A stretch of DNA of 64,000 nucleotides, taken from the UHGV virus genome UHGV-0171787; one strand, 5' to 3'. Position numbers and translations under genes: made by a program. The stretch comes from a virus. Shown here piece after piece: positions 20,527-31,968 of the stretch (position 1 is the stretch's first letter; every line of letters begins with the position of its first letter). The notes beneath the pieces are model-generated. The model saw only the letters and a program-made list of their open reading frames with translations, did not search any database and was not told the origin of the DNA.

Positions 20527-21579
20527 ATGTCTTTATTTGGAAAATCAGCTTCTAGCAAAACCACAGTGGCCCCTTCCTCTCAGGTTGATGCCCTGCTGAA
20601 GCAGATTGTTGCTAATGCTCAGAAGATGCAGAACAACGATCAGGGATTCATCTCCCAACAGCTGGCTGGGTTTAATAACAATCAACAAGGTGCTCTGAAC
20701 AACTTATCAGCTTCTACAACTCAGAAGCAACTGGCTGACATGTACACACCTCGTACACAGCAAGGGCTGGACCAACTTAACTCTCTTGCTCAACAGTATC
20801 AGAATATTGTCAATGGTGGTGGAGTGACAGCCGAGGGGGTTAATAACTTTAGTAAAGGGTTAAATAATTCTGCTCTTGCTCAAGCAACTAGTAAAGCAGC
20901 TTCTAATGTATCTCTCGGAAATGGTTCTGACTCAGGTTCTCTCCGTAGAGCTGCTGCTCAGGGTGCTGCTCTGAACGGTGCTAATACAAACTTAGCTCGT
21001 ACTATCAGTGGTAAGAATATGGGAATCAGTGCCCTGCAACAAGACCAGAACTTCCAGAGAGGTTTGCTTGGTGCTCAGTCTGGTCTAGCTGGACAGAATC
21101 TCAATCTTGGTGCTCAAGGTGTTCAGGCAACTCAACAAGCTATTCAGAATCAACTTATGGCTGGCAATCTACAACAGCAACAGGCTCAAGCACAAGCTGA
21201 TATCAATTGGCAGAACGCTATTGGTTCTCAGCAGTACGGATGGAATCAGCTTAACAACCAACTTAATGTATTAAATAGTGTAAGCCCAATGGCTGGATAT
21301 ACAATTAAGAATGCCGCTCCGGGCGTTAACGTAGGACAACAGCTCCTAGGTGCTGGTATCACTGGTTTAGGTATTGCGGGTCGTATGGGTGCTTTCTCTC
21401 CTAACCAACAGACTCAGAATGCTTGGAGTTCATATAACAACTCGGGTGGGCAATCTGGAATGGCTGGTCCTATGATTGGAGGTTCTAATCTTTCTCAACA
21501 GAGGGGTCAGTCTAACTGGTTATCCACGGCAGGGAGTAATATCTTAGGTGGGGTCTTGGGGGCATTTGGAGCAAACTAA
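20527..21579 (+). CDS. Gly/Gln/Asn-rich internal virion protein
   Basis: 350 aa low-complexity; N-terminus MSLFG..GFNNNQ..ALNNL is paralogous to the next gene. Confidence 0.5.
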   Translation: MSLFGKSASSKTTVAPSSQVDALLKQIVANAQKMQNNDQGFISQQLAGFNNNQQGALNNLSASTTQKQLADMYTPRTQQGLDQLNSLAQQYQNIVNGGGVTAEGVNNFSKGLNNSALAQATSKAASNVSLGNGSDSGSLRRAAAQGAALNGANTNLARTISGKNMGISALQQDQNFQRGLLGAQSGLAGQNLNLGAQGVQATQQAIQNQLMAGNLQQQQAQAQADINWQNAIGSQQYGWNQLNNQLNVLNSVSPMAGYTIKNAAPGVNVGQQLLGAGITGLGIAGRMGAFSPNQQTQNAWSSYNNSGGQSGMAGPMIGGSNLSQQRGQSNWLSTAGSNILGGVLGAFGAN

Positions 21580-21591
21580 AGGAGAATATCT

Positions 21592-22560
21592 ATGTCACTT
21601 TTTGGTGGAGGCGGAAGTAAAACTACTTCCCAAATGATTCGCCCTGAATACATTCAACAGTATATTGACCAGCTTAATAAGCAGATTGGTAATACTAGTT
21701 CAGGGGATTATGTTTATCGAGATAATGTAGGGTTTAATAACAATCAGACAGAGGCACTTAATAACCTAGCACAATCTGGCGCTTTAGGCACTCTCTCACA
21801 GCAATATATGGATGCAGCAGGTCAAGGCTTGGGTTATCTAGATAATGCCTATAAAGGCTATCAGAGCCTCTCTGGACAAGGTGGGATTACTGGAGAACAA
21901 ATTGGTGCTCTCGCTGGTCAACTGTATGATGATGATGCTGTGCAAGCAGCTATTACAGCTAATAACGAGCAGGTTCAACAGAACTTGGCACGTAATGCTC
22001 TTCCTCAATTAGCTCAACAGTATGCTGGTCAGCAAGGCTCAGGTGCTCGTATGGCTAAATCTTTTGCCCAAGGTGATGCTCTGAATCAGATGCAAGGGCA
22101 AGCAACAGATATTACCAACAGTGCCTATAACTCTGCTATCAACCAAGCTGAAAGCATTCTCTCTGGTAATAGACAGAATCAGGCAGCTGCTCTCTCTGGT
22201 CTTTCTACTATTGGTTCTAACCTTTCTAACCTAGGTCAGCAGGGTGCTAATTTGTCTCAACAGCAAATAATGAATCAATGGAATGCAGGGTTGCAGCAAC
22301 AACAGCAACAACAGAATGAATATGATAATGCCTACCAGAACGCTCAGAACGCAGCTAATTGGGGATGGCAAGATATCAACAACCAACTCGGTGCAGCAGG
22401 TGTACTTAACGGTGCTCTCGGACAAACTACAACTACTAAAACATCTGGTGGTAGTGGTGGCTTCTTAGGTGGGGCCATGAGCGGTGCAGCAGCAGGCTCT
22501 GCGTTTGGGCCTTGGGGTGCATTAGCTGGGGGTGTAATCGGTGGGTTGGCTAGTACTTAA
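21592..22560 (+). CDS. Gly/Gln/Asn-rich internal virion protein (paralog of 20527-21579)
   Basis: 322 aa; shares the MSLFG..VGFNNNQTEALNNLAQS N-terminal pattern with the upstream gene. Confidence 0.5.
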   Translation: MSLFGGGGSKTTSQMIRPEYIQQYIDQLNKQIGNTSSGDYVYRDNVGFNNNQTEALNNLAQSGALGTLSQQYMDAAGQGLGYLDNAYKGYQSLSGQGGITGEQIGALAGQLYDDDAVQAAITANNEQVQQNLARNALPQLAQQYAGQQGSGARMAKSFAQGDALNQMQGQATDITNSAYNSAINQAESILSGNRQNQAAALSGLSTIGSNLSNLGQQGANLSQQQIMNQWNAGLQQQQQQQNEYDNAYQNAQNAANWGWQDINNQLGAAGVLNGALGQTTTTKTSGGSGGFLGGAMSGAAAGSAFGPWGALAGGVIGGLAST

Positions 22561-22573
22561 TTAGGAGATAAAT

Positions 22574-24223
22574 ATGCAACAGACAACTTACGCTCAGGTC
22601 AGAAGTCGTGACCCGAGAAATACTTTCTATGGTGTTAATCCGGGAGCGGCTTCGGCCTCTCCTTATATGGCTAGACCCGTTCAGACAGCAGATATTTCTA
22701 TGTATCAACGACCTGCTGTACCTGCTGGGTTATCTGCTCTAGTAGGTCAGGCTTCAGTTGATCATCAGAATATGTTAAATCCTGTTCAGAGTAATGGTCT
22801 TCCTTCTGACATTCCGAATGATGTACAACCTCAAGCACAACAGGCTGTAACTCTTCCTGAGTTTGAGAATCAAGAAACCATGCAAGCTGCTGGGCTTTCT
22901 CCTTCTTCTATTCCTCCAGAATCAGAACCTCTTCCGGTAACACCTCCTACTAAACCGTTAGAAGCTGGTCCTATGGAGTTTACTCCTTCTCAGGTGGAAC
23001 AGGCACAAGGTGTGGTTAACACTCTTGCTCAAGGACAAGACACTGGTGATGGGATGGCTGCTGCTACTCGCGCTAAAGATCAAGAGCGTGTTAACAATGA
23101 TATCTTGCAAGTTGCTAAAGCTAAAGACCCTTCAGAAGCTTGGAACAAGCTACAGAAAGAGCCATTCTATCAGAACTCTAGTTTCTATACAGGTTTGATG
23201 GGTGTAGGTCTTTCCATTATGTCAGGTAAATCCCCTATCGAAGCTTTCCAAATTGGTCAGGGAATGGCTAATCAAGATGAGACTAAGAAGCAATTGGAAG
23301 CTAACCGTGATGCATTGGTTGAGCAAGGTTTCTCTCAAGACTCTATTGCTGCTGCTATTGCAAGCGGTGACCCTTCTCTTCTGAAGATGAAAACTAAAGA
23401 CCCACTCCAACAGGAGGCTCTGTATGCTGCTCGTGAAGAACGACAGAATGCTGAATGGGATAGACGTCAACGGATTCAAGAGCAGACTATGCGTGAGCGT
23501 GCTGATGAGACTCGTCGTGCCGCTGAAGAAAGGGCTAACCTGAACTTTGAACGTCAGAAAGAGTTGATTGGCTTCCGTGATAAGGTTAAGGCTGAACGTG
23601 CTGAACAAGCTGCTCAGAGTTTTAACTTTAACCCGAAAGAAGTTCGTCTTGCTCAGAACACAGCTGAAGGTACAGTTGCTAAGCAGTGGGCGGAGAAAGG
23701 TGGTCTATTTAATCAATCCAACAAAGACTTGGATTTGGCTGACAAAGCAGTTAAAGATAAAGATTATCAGACAGCTCGTTCTGCTTACATGCAGGCTATC
23801 ATGAACTCCGCAAGGGCTGAAATCGGTGCTACTCGTTCACTTACTGAAGAGGACTTGGGACACTTCGCAGAAGACCCGTCGGTCTTTGTTCGTGTTGGCA
23901 ACAAGTTTGCACTGAAGTCTGGATGGCGTCCTACTGATGCTGCTCTTTCTTATGCTCGTAAGCAAGCTAACGTTGGTCACACCTCTGCAATGAAAGGTGT
24001 TGCTGATGCTAAGAAAGCGACAATTGAAGCTTACATCGGTTCTGGTATGGATAAGAAGAGAGCTACTGCATTGGTTAACCGTGCAATTCCTTCTGGTGGT
24101 TTCTATGACCCTCTAGGTGTTTTCTCTGAGCAAGCGGAAGAATCTGTTGGGGGTGCAGCAACCAACCCTAAGCTTAATGGTGCTTTATCAGCTGTCGAAG
24201 ACACTAGCTGGTTCACTCAATAA
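22574..24223 (+). CDS. Internal virion protein
   Basis: 549 aa, Pro/Gln-rich N-terminal region, charged helical C-terminal half. Confidence 0.5.
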   Translation: MQQTTYAQVRSRDPRNTFYGVNPGAASASPYMARPVQTADISMYQRPAVPAGLSALVGQASVDHQNMLNPVQSNGLPSDIPNDVQPQAQQAVTLPEFENQETMQAAGLSPSSIPPESEPLPVTPPTKPLEAGPMEFTPSQVEQAQGVVNTLAQGQDTGDGMAAATRAKDQERVNNDILQVAKAKDPSEAWNKLQKEPFYQNSSFYTGLMGVGLSIMSGKSPIEAFQIGQGMANQDETKKQLEANRDALVEQGFSQDSIAAAIASGDPSLLKMKTKDPLQQEALYAAREERQNAEWDRRQRIQEQTMRERADETRRAAEERANLNFERQKELIGFRDKVKAERAEQAAQSFNFNPKEVRLAQNTAEGTVAKQWAEKGGLFNQSNKDLDLADKAVKDKDYQTARSAYMQAIMNSARAEIGATRSLTEEDLGHFAEDPSVFVRVGNKFALKSGWRPTDAALSYARKQANVGHTSAMKGVADAKKATIEAYIGSGMDKKRATALVNRAIPSGGFYDPLGVFSEQAEESVGGAATNPKLNGALSAVEDTSWFTQ

Positions 24224-24243
24224 GACCTAAGTCCTGCCTTCTA

Positions 24244-24252
24244 TAATGTATA
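24244..24252 (+). promoter_or_regulatory. Candidate phage promoter element TAATGTATA
   Basis: Second copy of the 9-mer found at 9508; lies 39 nt upstream of the ATG at 24291. Confidence 0.4.
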
Positions 24253-24290
24253 TAGGGGGTAGGACATTTTTATTTATAAAAGGAGACGTT

Positions 24291-27200
24291 ATGGCTAACA
24301 TTAAACCGTGGGAAGAAGCTTCCAAAGCTCCTGCGTATCTGAATGCCTCTCCGGAGCAACAAGCTCAAATGAGAGAACAATATAAGGCAGCAGGTGGCTC
24401 TATTCCTGAGGAACAACCAGTAGCACAACCACAACAAGAAGAACGTGGTGCTATAGGTGAGTTTGCTCAAGGTGTGTCAAATGCTCTTCAGTCCGGCAGT
24501 GCTAACATCTCTGCTAATCTTGCTAGGGGTATTGGAGGCTTAGTTGAGATTGGTGAAGATCTAACTGGAGCACAAACCGGTTACGGGAAGCGTATGCAAG
24601 AGAACGCTCAAAATCTCTTGAAAGAACGTATGGATAAGATTGAGGATGGGATTGGTAAATCTGCTGGTCAGTATGCTGGGGTGGTTGCCGACATTGGTCT
24701 GACAGTTGCTAACCCATTAGTTGCCGCTGCTATCATCGCAGGTCGTGAGACAGGTCGTGCATATGCAGACCAAACCCCTGAAGAGGGGGAAGATAAGTCT
24801 GTTCTAGATGCAGCCCTAGTTGGTGGTGCTAACTATGCAGCTCAAAGAATCCTTCCGGGTGCTGTTGGGACAGCTGAATCAGCTCTTGGTCGTATCGGTC
24901 AGAACGTTGCTAGTAACGCAGTGGCTGGTGCTAAAGGTGGTGCTCTTGTTGGTGCTGCTGAGGTTCAGAACAAGTATGGTGATGACAATGATCTAGCTAA
25001 GACATTGGAAGGTGTTATCGAAGAAGGTGCTATGGGTGCTGCATTCGGTGGTGCAGTTGGTGGGGTTCATGGTTTGATTAGCCGTCCGGATTCTGCTGTC
25101 TTCAGGAATACTCCAGAGTATGCGAAGACTGATATTGCTGCTGATGACGAACTGATTCGTAGTGCTAAGAATGTTGATGAATTGAAAGAGGCTTACTCTA
25201 AAGCTGAAACTGCTAACGCTGCTTCTGCTCTGAACCTTCTCGATGAGAATGGATTCCGTATTACAGATGCTGTTGCTGTAGATTCTCCTGCTGCTCAGCG
25301 TATTCTTAATACTGACCAAGCTCGTGCTGAGAAAGCTGCTTCCGTTCAGAAAGAGCATTCCAACATTCCGGGCCTTAATCCTTTAGCTTCTCCTGCTAAG
25401 ACTCGTGGTAAAGCATTCGCTGATAATGAGCACAACCAGAAGCAGGCTGTTGCTATGAAGGATGCAATGGCTGACTACACCAAAGACAACACGAAAGCTC
25501 TTACAGATGTTCTGGATAACCTAGATCGTGAATTAACTTCTCTCCGAGCTTCTGGTGATTTTACTGGTAGTCCGATTGATATTAAGAACCGTACACAAGC
25601 CGACCGTGATTTCATTGATGCTTACAAGACTTTCTACAATGAAGCAAATCGATTCAAAGCTCGTGATGGTGAAGACTTTAATAACTTTGTAGAGAAAGCT
25701 GCTGAACTACAGAAGATGGCTGATAATGTTTCTCCAGAGATGAAGAAAGCTATTGGTGGGTTGAAGAAACTGAAAGGTATGCCTGAAGGTTTTAATCCTA
25801 TCCAAGATGCTTACACTCTGAACAATACAGCTAAGTTCATGAGCAATCAAGATCGTGGTTGGACTTCCCTGACTGATGATGGCTTCCGTGAGGCTTCTTC
25901 ACCTAGTCTGGTAATGAACACTCTTGGTGCTGCTAAGTATGCTCTGAATCGCTTCTCTTCTCAGCGTGCTCGTTCTCAGCGTGTTAAGCAACAAGAGTCT
26001 AACAGCGAAGCTATCCGCTCTCTGGCTCGTGGTGATTTGGAAGTTGCTCGTGCTAAATCTACTGCTGATGAAGCTCGCGCTAAGATGGAAGAAGAACCAG
26101 TTGTTGATGACATTAAATTTAAGATGCAAAATGATGTAGAAACCGAACCGGTTCGGGAGCCTTCTTCTAGTACTGTGACGGAAGAAAATCTTCCTTCTTC
26201 TGTTCCTCAAGAAGCCCCTCTTACGGCTCGTGATTTAGTTGCTCAAAGACGTGCAGTTAAGCAGGTGGAACAGCGTCGTGCGCAAGAAGAGGCCGCACAG
26301 GCTCCAGAATCGACCGTAGAGGAACCAACCATCAAAGCTGAGCCATTACCTGCCCGTGCCCCTAAAGCTCCTAAGGAAGCTGTACAGGATGTTAAACCAT
26401 CAATTGGTGTAGAACGTTTAGCTGCCATGTCCAGTGCTGCTCGTCAAGCTACTAAAGATCGTGCAGAACGTTTTGCTCGTTCTCTGTACTCTAAGGCTGC
26501 TAAGGCTAAAGCAACTGCTGAGAACTTCTTATCTTACAAGGGTGATCCTAAGGAGTTGATGCGTCGTATTCGTCAGGAAGATAATGCTATCAACACTGAA
26601 CGTCATGAAGAAATGGCTCGTAACCAGCTGGCTTCTCAGCAAGGCATTGCTACTGCTAAGAACAACACGGTACGAACTAATTTTGCTGAATGGGTTAAGG
26701 AACGTGGTCTTCCAGAAGACATTGCTACTAAGGCATTACGTGCTGAAGAGAAAGGTTTAGGTGGGAACGTAACTAACTTGGATAGCCTGAAACGTCGTGC
26801 AGAAAGGTTATATCAGAAGCAGCGTGAGGATGAGTTTGATAGGCTGTATCAACAAGCTCTTGAAGAGAACAAAGCTTTCGATAATAAGAATGCTCCTAAG
26901 CTGGTTGACCAGAAGAAAGAGCTTCAGTCTGAGATTGATGCTTTAATTGATTCAGAACCTTTACGTCCTGCTCAGAAAGATGCTATGCGTAAGCTGATGA
27001 ATGACTTTGTAGATGGGAAGTTTAAATCTTCAGAGAAGGCTGGTAGGGAAGAGGCTTTGGAAGTTGGTCAGATGAAGGATATTTGGGATGGGTTTATCAA
27101 CACCTATAACAGAGAAGTGAATGCCTTCAACAGAGCTAATAAGAACTCTCAGTATGAAGCTTTTGCTAAACACATACAGGCTCGTGAAGAACGTCTTGCT

Positions 27201-28598
27201 ACTCTGAAAAATAAAGCTCAGGCTCGTTCAGATGCCAAGGCTGCTGTTGAGAATGAACGTAAAACTCTAGAAGCTATTGCAGCTCAAAAGAGTGAGATTG
27301 AGAAGATGATGGAAGGTTTACCTAAACCTGTTCGTGAGGCTCAGGAATCTCGTACATTGAAACAGTTGGCTGCTCACCACGACAAGAACTCTCCAGTTCC
27401 TCCAGAGAAGTTCCGTAGTTACATTGAACGTATCCATAACGCCGAGTCAGATTACCTTGATCGTCAGCGTCGTTTAACTGATGCAGAGGAAGATGCTCGT
27501 CAGGCTAAATGGAATAGGATGTATGAGCAAGCGGAAGAGATGAATCGTAAGTTTGATGTGGACAAGAGAGTTAAGCGCAGTGAAGAGCTTAAAGCGGCCC
27601 AAGAGCGTGAGAATGACCTTATGGCAGTACAACGTCAACGTGATGACATCCATCGCCGCCTGATGCGTACTATGGAAGATAAGGGCATATCTAGAGAGGA
27701 TGCTGAAGCATTTGCTGGTTCCTACATGGACAACCGTTATGCACTTCTTGAGAAGCCTATGACTCCTACTGAACATCAGAATGCTCGTTCTCGTATCGAA
27801 GCTGATGTTGAGAAATTCGCTAAGAAGTACGAATCAATGACTCCTATCGAGAAAGAGATTGTTAAGGTTACTGGAGATACTGAAGGTAAGCTTGATAACT
27901 TGGATGCGGATACTAGGAAGGCTATTGAGGAGGCTCAGAAGGTTGACTCCGATATTAAGAAACTGCAAGAGGAAGAATTGGAGATGGAGAAGATTCGTTC
28001 TGCTCTGCCTGATGATGAAAAATCTCAAGCAAATTCTGATATCTTGGAAAGCATTAAACAGCAGGAAGAAGCCTTTGCTGATAAAGCAGAGAAAGCTTTC
28101 TTGAATGGGAAGAGCTTGGACGAATTAGTCAGTGTGGCTGAAGTTTTAGACAGAGTGCATGGTGCAGACAAGGCTGGTAACAACCGTCGCTTTGTACGTG
28201 CATTGCAGACTGCTGCTGAAAACAAGAAGAAGTATGGAGATAATCCGGTAGCTTGGTTTAGTGCTGATGATTATTCTGCCATTGCTAAACTTGGTGCTTC
28301 TTCCGCAGGTGGTAACAAATCCAGAGCACTGGAGAAGATTTTTGGTTCTACAGCTGAACAGGCTAAGAGTAAGTTGCTTGGTAGGGATGATGTAGCGAAG
28401 ATGAGACGTGTGATTGAAGAGAACCCTGATATTAAGATTCCTTCTTACAAGACAACGAATCGTACTGAGTACTTGCAGTTCTTGGAGAAGTTTAATGACG
28501 AAGGGAAGCCGAAGATTAAACGTGGCTCATTGTCAGAGAAGCTTGAACGCAGTAAGCGTCAATCGAGACTCCGTGTAAGAGTTCGACCTAAGGAGTGA
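24291..28598 (+). CDS. Giant internal virion / ejection-type protein
   Basis: 1435 aa from the ATG with AAGGAG SD at 24291 (track start at 24246 is an upstream extension); long charged coiled-coil regions; last gene of the structural block. Confidence 0.6.
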   Translation: MANIKPWEEASKAPAYLNASPEQQAQMREQYKAAGGSIPEEQPVAQPQQEERGAIGEFAQGVSNALQSGSANISANLARGIGGLVEIGEDLTGAQTGYGKRMQENAQNLLKERMDKIEDGIGKSAGQYAGVVADIGLTVANPLVAAAIIAGRETGRAYADQTPEEGEDKSVLDAALVGGANYAAQRILPGAVGTAESALGRIGQNVASNAVAGAKGGALVGAAEVQNKYGDDNDLAKTLEGVIEEGAMGAAFGGAVGGVHGLISRPDSAVFRNTPEYAKTDIAADDELIRSAKNVDELKEAYSKAETANAASALNLLDENGFRITDAVAVDSPAAQRILNTDQARAEKAASVQKEHSNIPGLNPLASPAKTRGKAFADNEHNQKQAVAMKDAMADYTKDNTKALTDVLDNLDRELTSLRASGDFTGSPIDIKNRTQADRDFIDAYKTFYNEANRFKARDGEDFNNFVEKAAELQKMADNVSPEMKKAIGGLKKLKGMPEGFNPIQDAYTLNNTAKFMSNQDRGWTSLTDDGFREASSPSLVMNTLGAAKYALNRFSSQRARSQRVKQQESNSEAIRSLARGDLEVARAKSTADEARAKMEEEPVVDDIKFKMQNDVETEPVREPSSSTVTEENLPSSVPQEAPLTARDLVAQRRAVKQVEQRRAQEEAAQAPESTVEEPTIKAEPLPARAPKAPKEAVQDVKPSIGVERLAAMSSAARQATKDRAERFARSLYSKAAKAKATAENFLSYKGDPKELMRRIRQEDNAINTERHEEMARNQLASQQGIATAKNNTVRTNFAEWVKERGLPEDIATKALRAEEKGLGGNVTNLDSLKRRAERLYQKQREDEFDRLYQQALEENKAFDNKNAPKLVDQKKELQSEIDALIDSEPLRPAQKDAMRKLMNDFVDGKFKSSEKAGREEALEVGQMKDIWDGFINTYNREVNAFNRANKNSQYEAFAKHIQAREERLATLKNKAQARSDAKAAVENERKTLEAIAAQKSEIEKMMEGLPKPVREAQESRTLKQLAAHHDKNSPVPPEKFRSYIERIHNAESDYLDRQRRLTDAEEDARQAKWNRMYEQAEEMNRKFDVDKRVKRSEELKAAQERENDLMAVQRQRDDIHRRLMRTMEDKGISREDAEAFAGSYMDNRYALLEKPMTPTEHQNARSRIEADVEKFAKKYESMTPIEKEIVKVTGDTEGKLDNLDADTRKAIEEAQKVDSDIKKLQEEELEMEKIRSALPDDEKSQANSDILESIKQQEEAFADKAEKAFLNGKSLDELVSVAEVLDRVHGADKAGNNRRFVRALQTAAENKKKYGDNPVAWFSADDYSAIAKLGASSAGGNKSRALEKIFGSTAEQAKSKLLGRDDVAKMRRVIEENPDIKIPSYKTTNRTEYLQFLEKFNDEGKPKIKRGSLSEKLERSKRQSRLRVRVRPKE

Positions 28599-28599
28599 T

Positions 28600-28648
28600 A
28601 AAAGAAAAGCCCTCAAGGTGAAATCCAAGAGGGCTTTATTTATTTCTA
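28600..28648. terminator. Bidirectional terminator at the convergence of the two gene blocks
   Basis: aagccctc...gagggctt hairpin flanked by an A-run upstream and ttatttatttc downstream. Confidence 0.5.
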
Positions 28649-28884
28649 GATCTTCTTGTAGGTGATAGTTCCTTCTTTAACAGCTTTATCATAAGCTGCT
28701 TTGAATTTTTCTATCATAGCGATTTTACTCTGTTTTATCTTTTCAAAATCCATCAAATTCATCCTCATACATCCCAATTTTCCTCAGAAGTCTGGGTGTT
28801 CATCTTCAAAGCACCCTGAGACACCGCCATAGAACCAATCGGATTTACTGCCAAGAATAACAACTTCTTCATTCATATTTCCTC

Positions 28885-29112
28885 CTAGATCAAATCATAA
28901 TATTGAATAATATCTGAGAGCTTGAACTCTCGAATCTCATCTTTCTCTATATCAATTGCTGTCATAATCCAACAAGGTTTGCCACCGTTATGAAAACGGG
29001 AGCTAGCAACGGAGGTTCGGAGTGGAATAACGGACCGGTCAGCAACCTCGCCTCTCCAATTGCGATAGCGAAAGCGAAGCACTTGTTGCGTAGATTTTTG
29101 ATCATTACTCAT
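28885..29112 (-). CDS. Hypothetical protein
   Basis: Track ORF trimmed to the ATG at 29112 (AAGGA SD); conserved-looking C-terminal part. Confidence 0.4.
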   Translation of the reverse strand: MSNDQKSTQQVLRFRYRNWRGEVADRSVIPLRTSVASSRFHNGGKPCWIMTAIDIEKDEIREFKLSDIIQYYDLI

Positions 29113-29506
29113 TTCCTTTTTTGAATTGTTTTCTTGCATCATTCTCTTCTTTTGTTTTAATCTTATGACAAGGGTCTTTACACAGAACCTGAAAACCTTC
29201 TTTCTCACACAGAGCACGAGAGATGATCTCATCCCAAGTTGCTTCATGGTCAAGAGGGACTATAGGCTCTATGTGGTCAATAGCCATATCCTTTACAGGG
29301 TGGTCAGAACCACACATGGCACACTTAAAGTGCATTGCCAGTCTACCTGTCTTCGGGTTAATCTTCTGCTCTGTCTTGGAGTCTGCTAGTGCATCAAACA
29401 TGGGCTTCCACTTTCTAGTCAGAGAACGAATCCCTGACTTGATGAATGAGTTGTAACGAGCTTCAGTCCACGTTCCACTACAGCGTGTCTTCTCAGACTT
29501 CGCCAT
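29105..29506 (-). CDS. HNH (His-Me finger) endonuclease-like protein
   Basis: 133 aa; Cys pairs and DH motif (HFKCAMCGSDHPVKDMAIDHIEP ... CKDPCH). Confidence 0.5.
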   Translation of the reverse strand: MAKSEKTRCSGTWTEARYNSFIKSGIRSLTRKWKPMFDALADSKTEQKINPKTGRLAMHFKCAMCGSDHPVKDMAIDHIEPIVPLDHEATWDEIISRALCEKEGFQVLCKDPCHKIKTKEENDARKQFKKGNE

Positions 29507-29672
29507 AATCAGCTTCTTCCCAAACTCGTTTGTTTACACGATGACTTACTTTACCCTCACGAGGAATACGACCAGTCCGCTGATCAAATAGTTGATGTTT
29601 AATTTTTTGGTCTTTACGGGATTCACGATTGGAGGAGTTTTCATCATATGAACGATAATCAAATTTACCCAT
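29493..29672 (-). CDS. Hypothetical small protein
   Basis: Internal ATG with AAGGA SD (MGKFDYRSY...); track start overlaps the upstream gene and is rejected. Confidence 0.35.
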   Translation of the reverse strand: MGKFDYRSYDENSSNRESRKDQKIKHQLFDQRTGRIPREGKVSHRVNKRVWEEADYGEV

Positions 29673-29682
29673 TATAATATCC

Positions 29683-30504
29683 TTATTTCCAAGTTTTTTC
29701 GAGCCATGACCAATCAAATAGGTCTTCCGGAGTCTGACCAACAAATAGAAGCCGAGCATTCTCAAGCATCTTCTCTTCATCTTCAGTATCGAACTTCTTA
29801 TAATATTCCATTCGTACTATATGATACATGGTCCACTTATCTGTAACATCAGCCAGTAATTTAGCTGCTGCCCTCTTCCCTATGCCTTGACGTCGAAGCT
29901 GAAGCTTACCACCCCACATAACCTCTTTACGTTCCCCACATCCGGGAATATTATCCGTACCATCCCCAATCAACATTTGATAGAAGAAGTTTTGCCATGA
30001 GACTAAATCAGATACGTAGTGAGGGGGTACCTCTTTCTGCCTTTCTCCACAAGCCCAGCGATAGTGCCATCCGGGGGTTATTAATAAATCTTTGTCTCTA
30101 GTACAAATGATAGTGTTCTTGTCTCTACGTTGCCTTTCAGCTAGTGCATCATCAGCCTCTCTCCCAAATACATCTATGTATTCATATTTACCTTTAATAT
30201 AATCACCAACATTTTGCCAGTGAAAAGGTCTTTCTCCGGGAGGTCTATTTGCTTTGTAGTCTTGCTGCTTAGCGACATCGAAACGGAAGTTACCACCTTC
30301 GCTGAAGTAGAACACAACCTTACTACAACCTGAGCGAGCAATGATAGTATCTATCTTGTACTGAAGTCGTTCAATCATGAAATTATAGTCAACTGGAACA
30401 CGTCCTGTGTCAAGAAAGGGATGCTCCTGAGTAAGAGCACCTACTTCATAACGAAGAACATCCGCGTCCACAATTGCTACTTCAGGGAGCTTAACATCTC
30501 CCAT
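29683..30504 (-). CDS. 5'-3' exonuclease / flap endonuclease (PIN-like, T5 D15 / PolI N-terminal family)
   Basis: 273 aa; acidic motifs IVDADVL, EADDALA, TRDKDL, GDGTDNIPG. Confidence 0.75.
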   Translation of the reverse strand: MGDVKLPEVAIVDADVLRYEVGALTQEHPFLDTGRVPVDYNFMIERLQYKIDTIIARSGCSKVVFYFSEGGNFRFDVAKQQDYKANRPPGERPFHWQNVGDYIKGKYEYIDVFGREADDALAERQRRDKNTIICTRDKDLLITPGWHYRWACGERQKEVPPHYVSDLVSWQNFFYQMLIGDGTDNIPGCGERKEVMWGGKLQLRRQGIGKRAAAKLLADVTDKWTMYHIVRMEYYKKFDTEDEEKMLENARLLFVGQTPEDLFDWSWLEKTWK

Positions 30505-30505
30505 A

Positions 30506-31676
<1,171 letters not shown>

Positions 31677-31922
31677 AATGCATCTCTTTATAAACCGTTT
31701 CTGTATTCTTCTTCCAGTCGGATAAACCGGTAAGAACTCTCTGAGCAACTTCATCAGCTGCCTTACTTCTTTCAATCTCTAACTCTTGTTGATGCTTCTC
31801 TCTATCAAGATTGTTACTATCTGTTCGGTATTCATTGAACTTCATACCTCCAAAGAACACGAGAGCAGAGAAGATGATAAAACCTACATTATCACTTAAT
31901 GTACTTTTCATATTGTCTCCAA

Positions 31923-31947
31923 CGAAAAAAGCCACCCGAAGATGGCT
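31923..31947 (-). terminator. Rho-independent terminator (minus strand)
   Basis: agcca-cccgaaga-tggct hairpin preceded on plus by aaaaaa (U-run in the minus transcript); just downstream of the SSB stop. Confidence 0.45.
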
Positions 31948-31968
31948 AAGCTATAACAAGGAGAGTTA

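Noticed and set aside
24246-24290. Track start for the giant virion protein (MYIGGRTFLFIKGDV...)
   Set aside because: The extension overlaps the candidate promoter element and has no SD, whereas the ATG at 24291 has AAGGAG at ideal spacing. The upstream start is probably an ORF-finder artefact.
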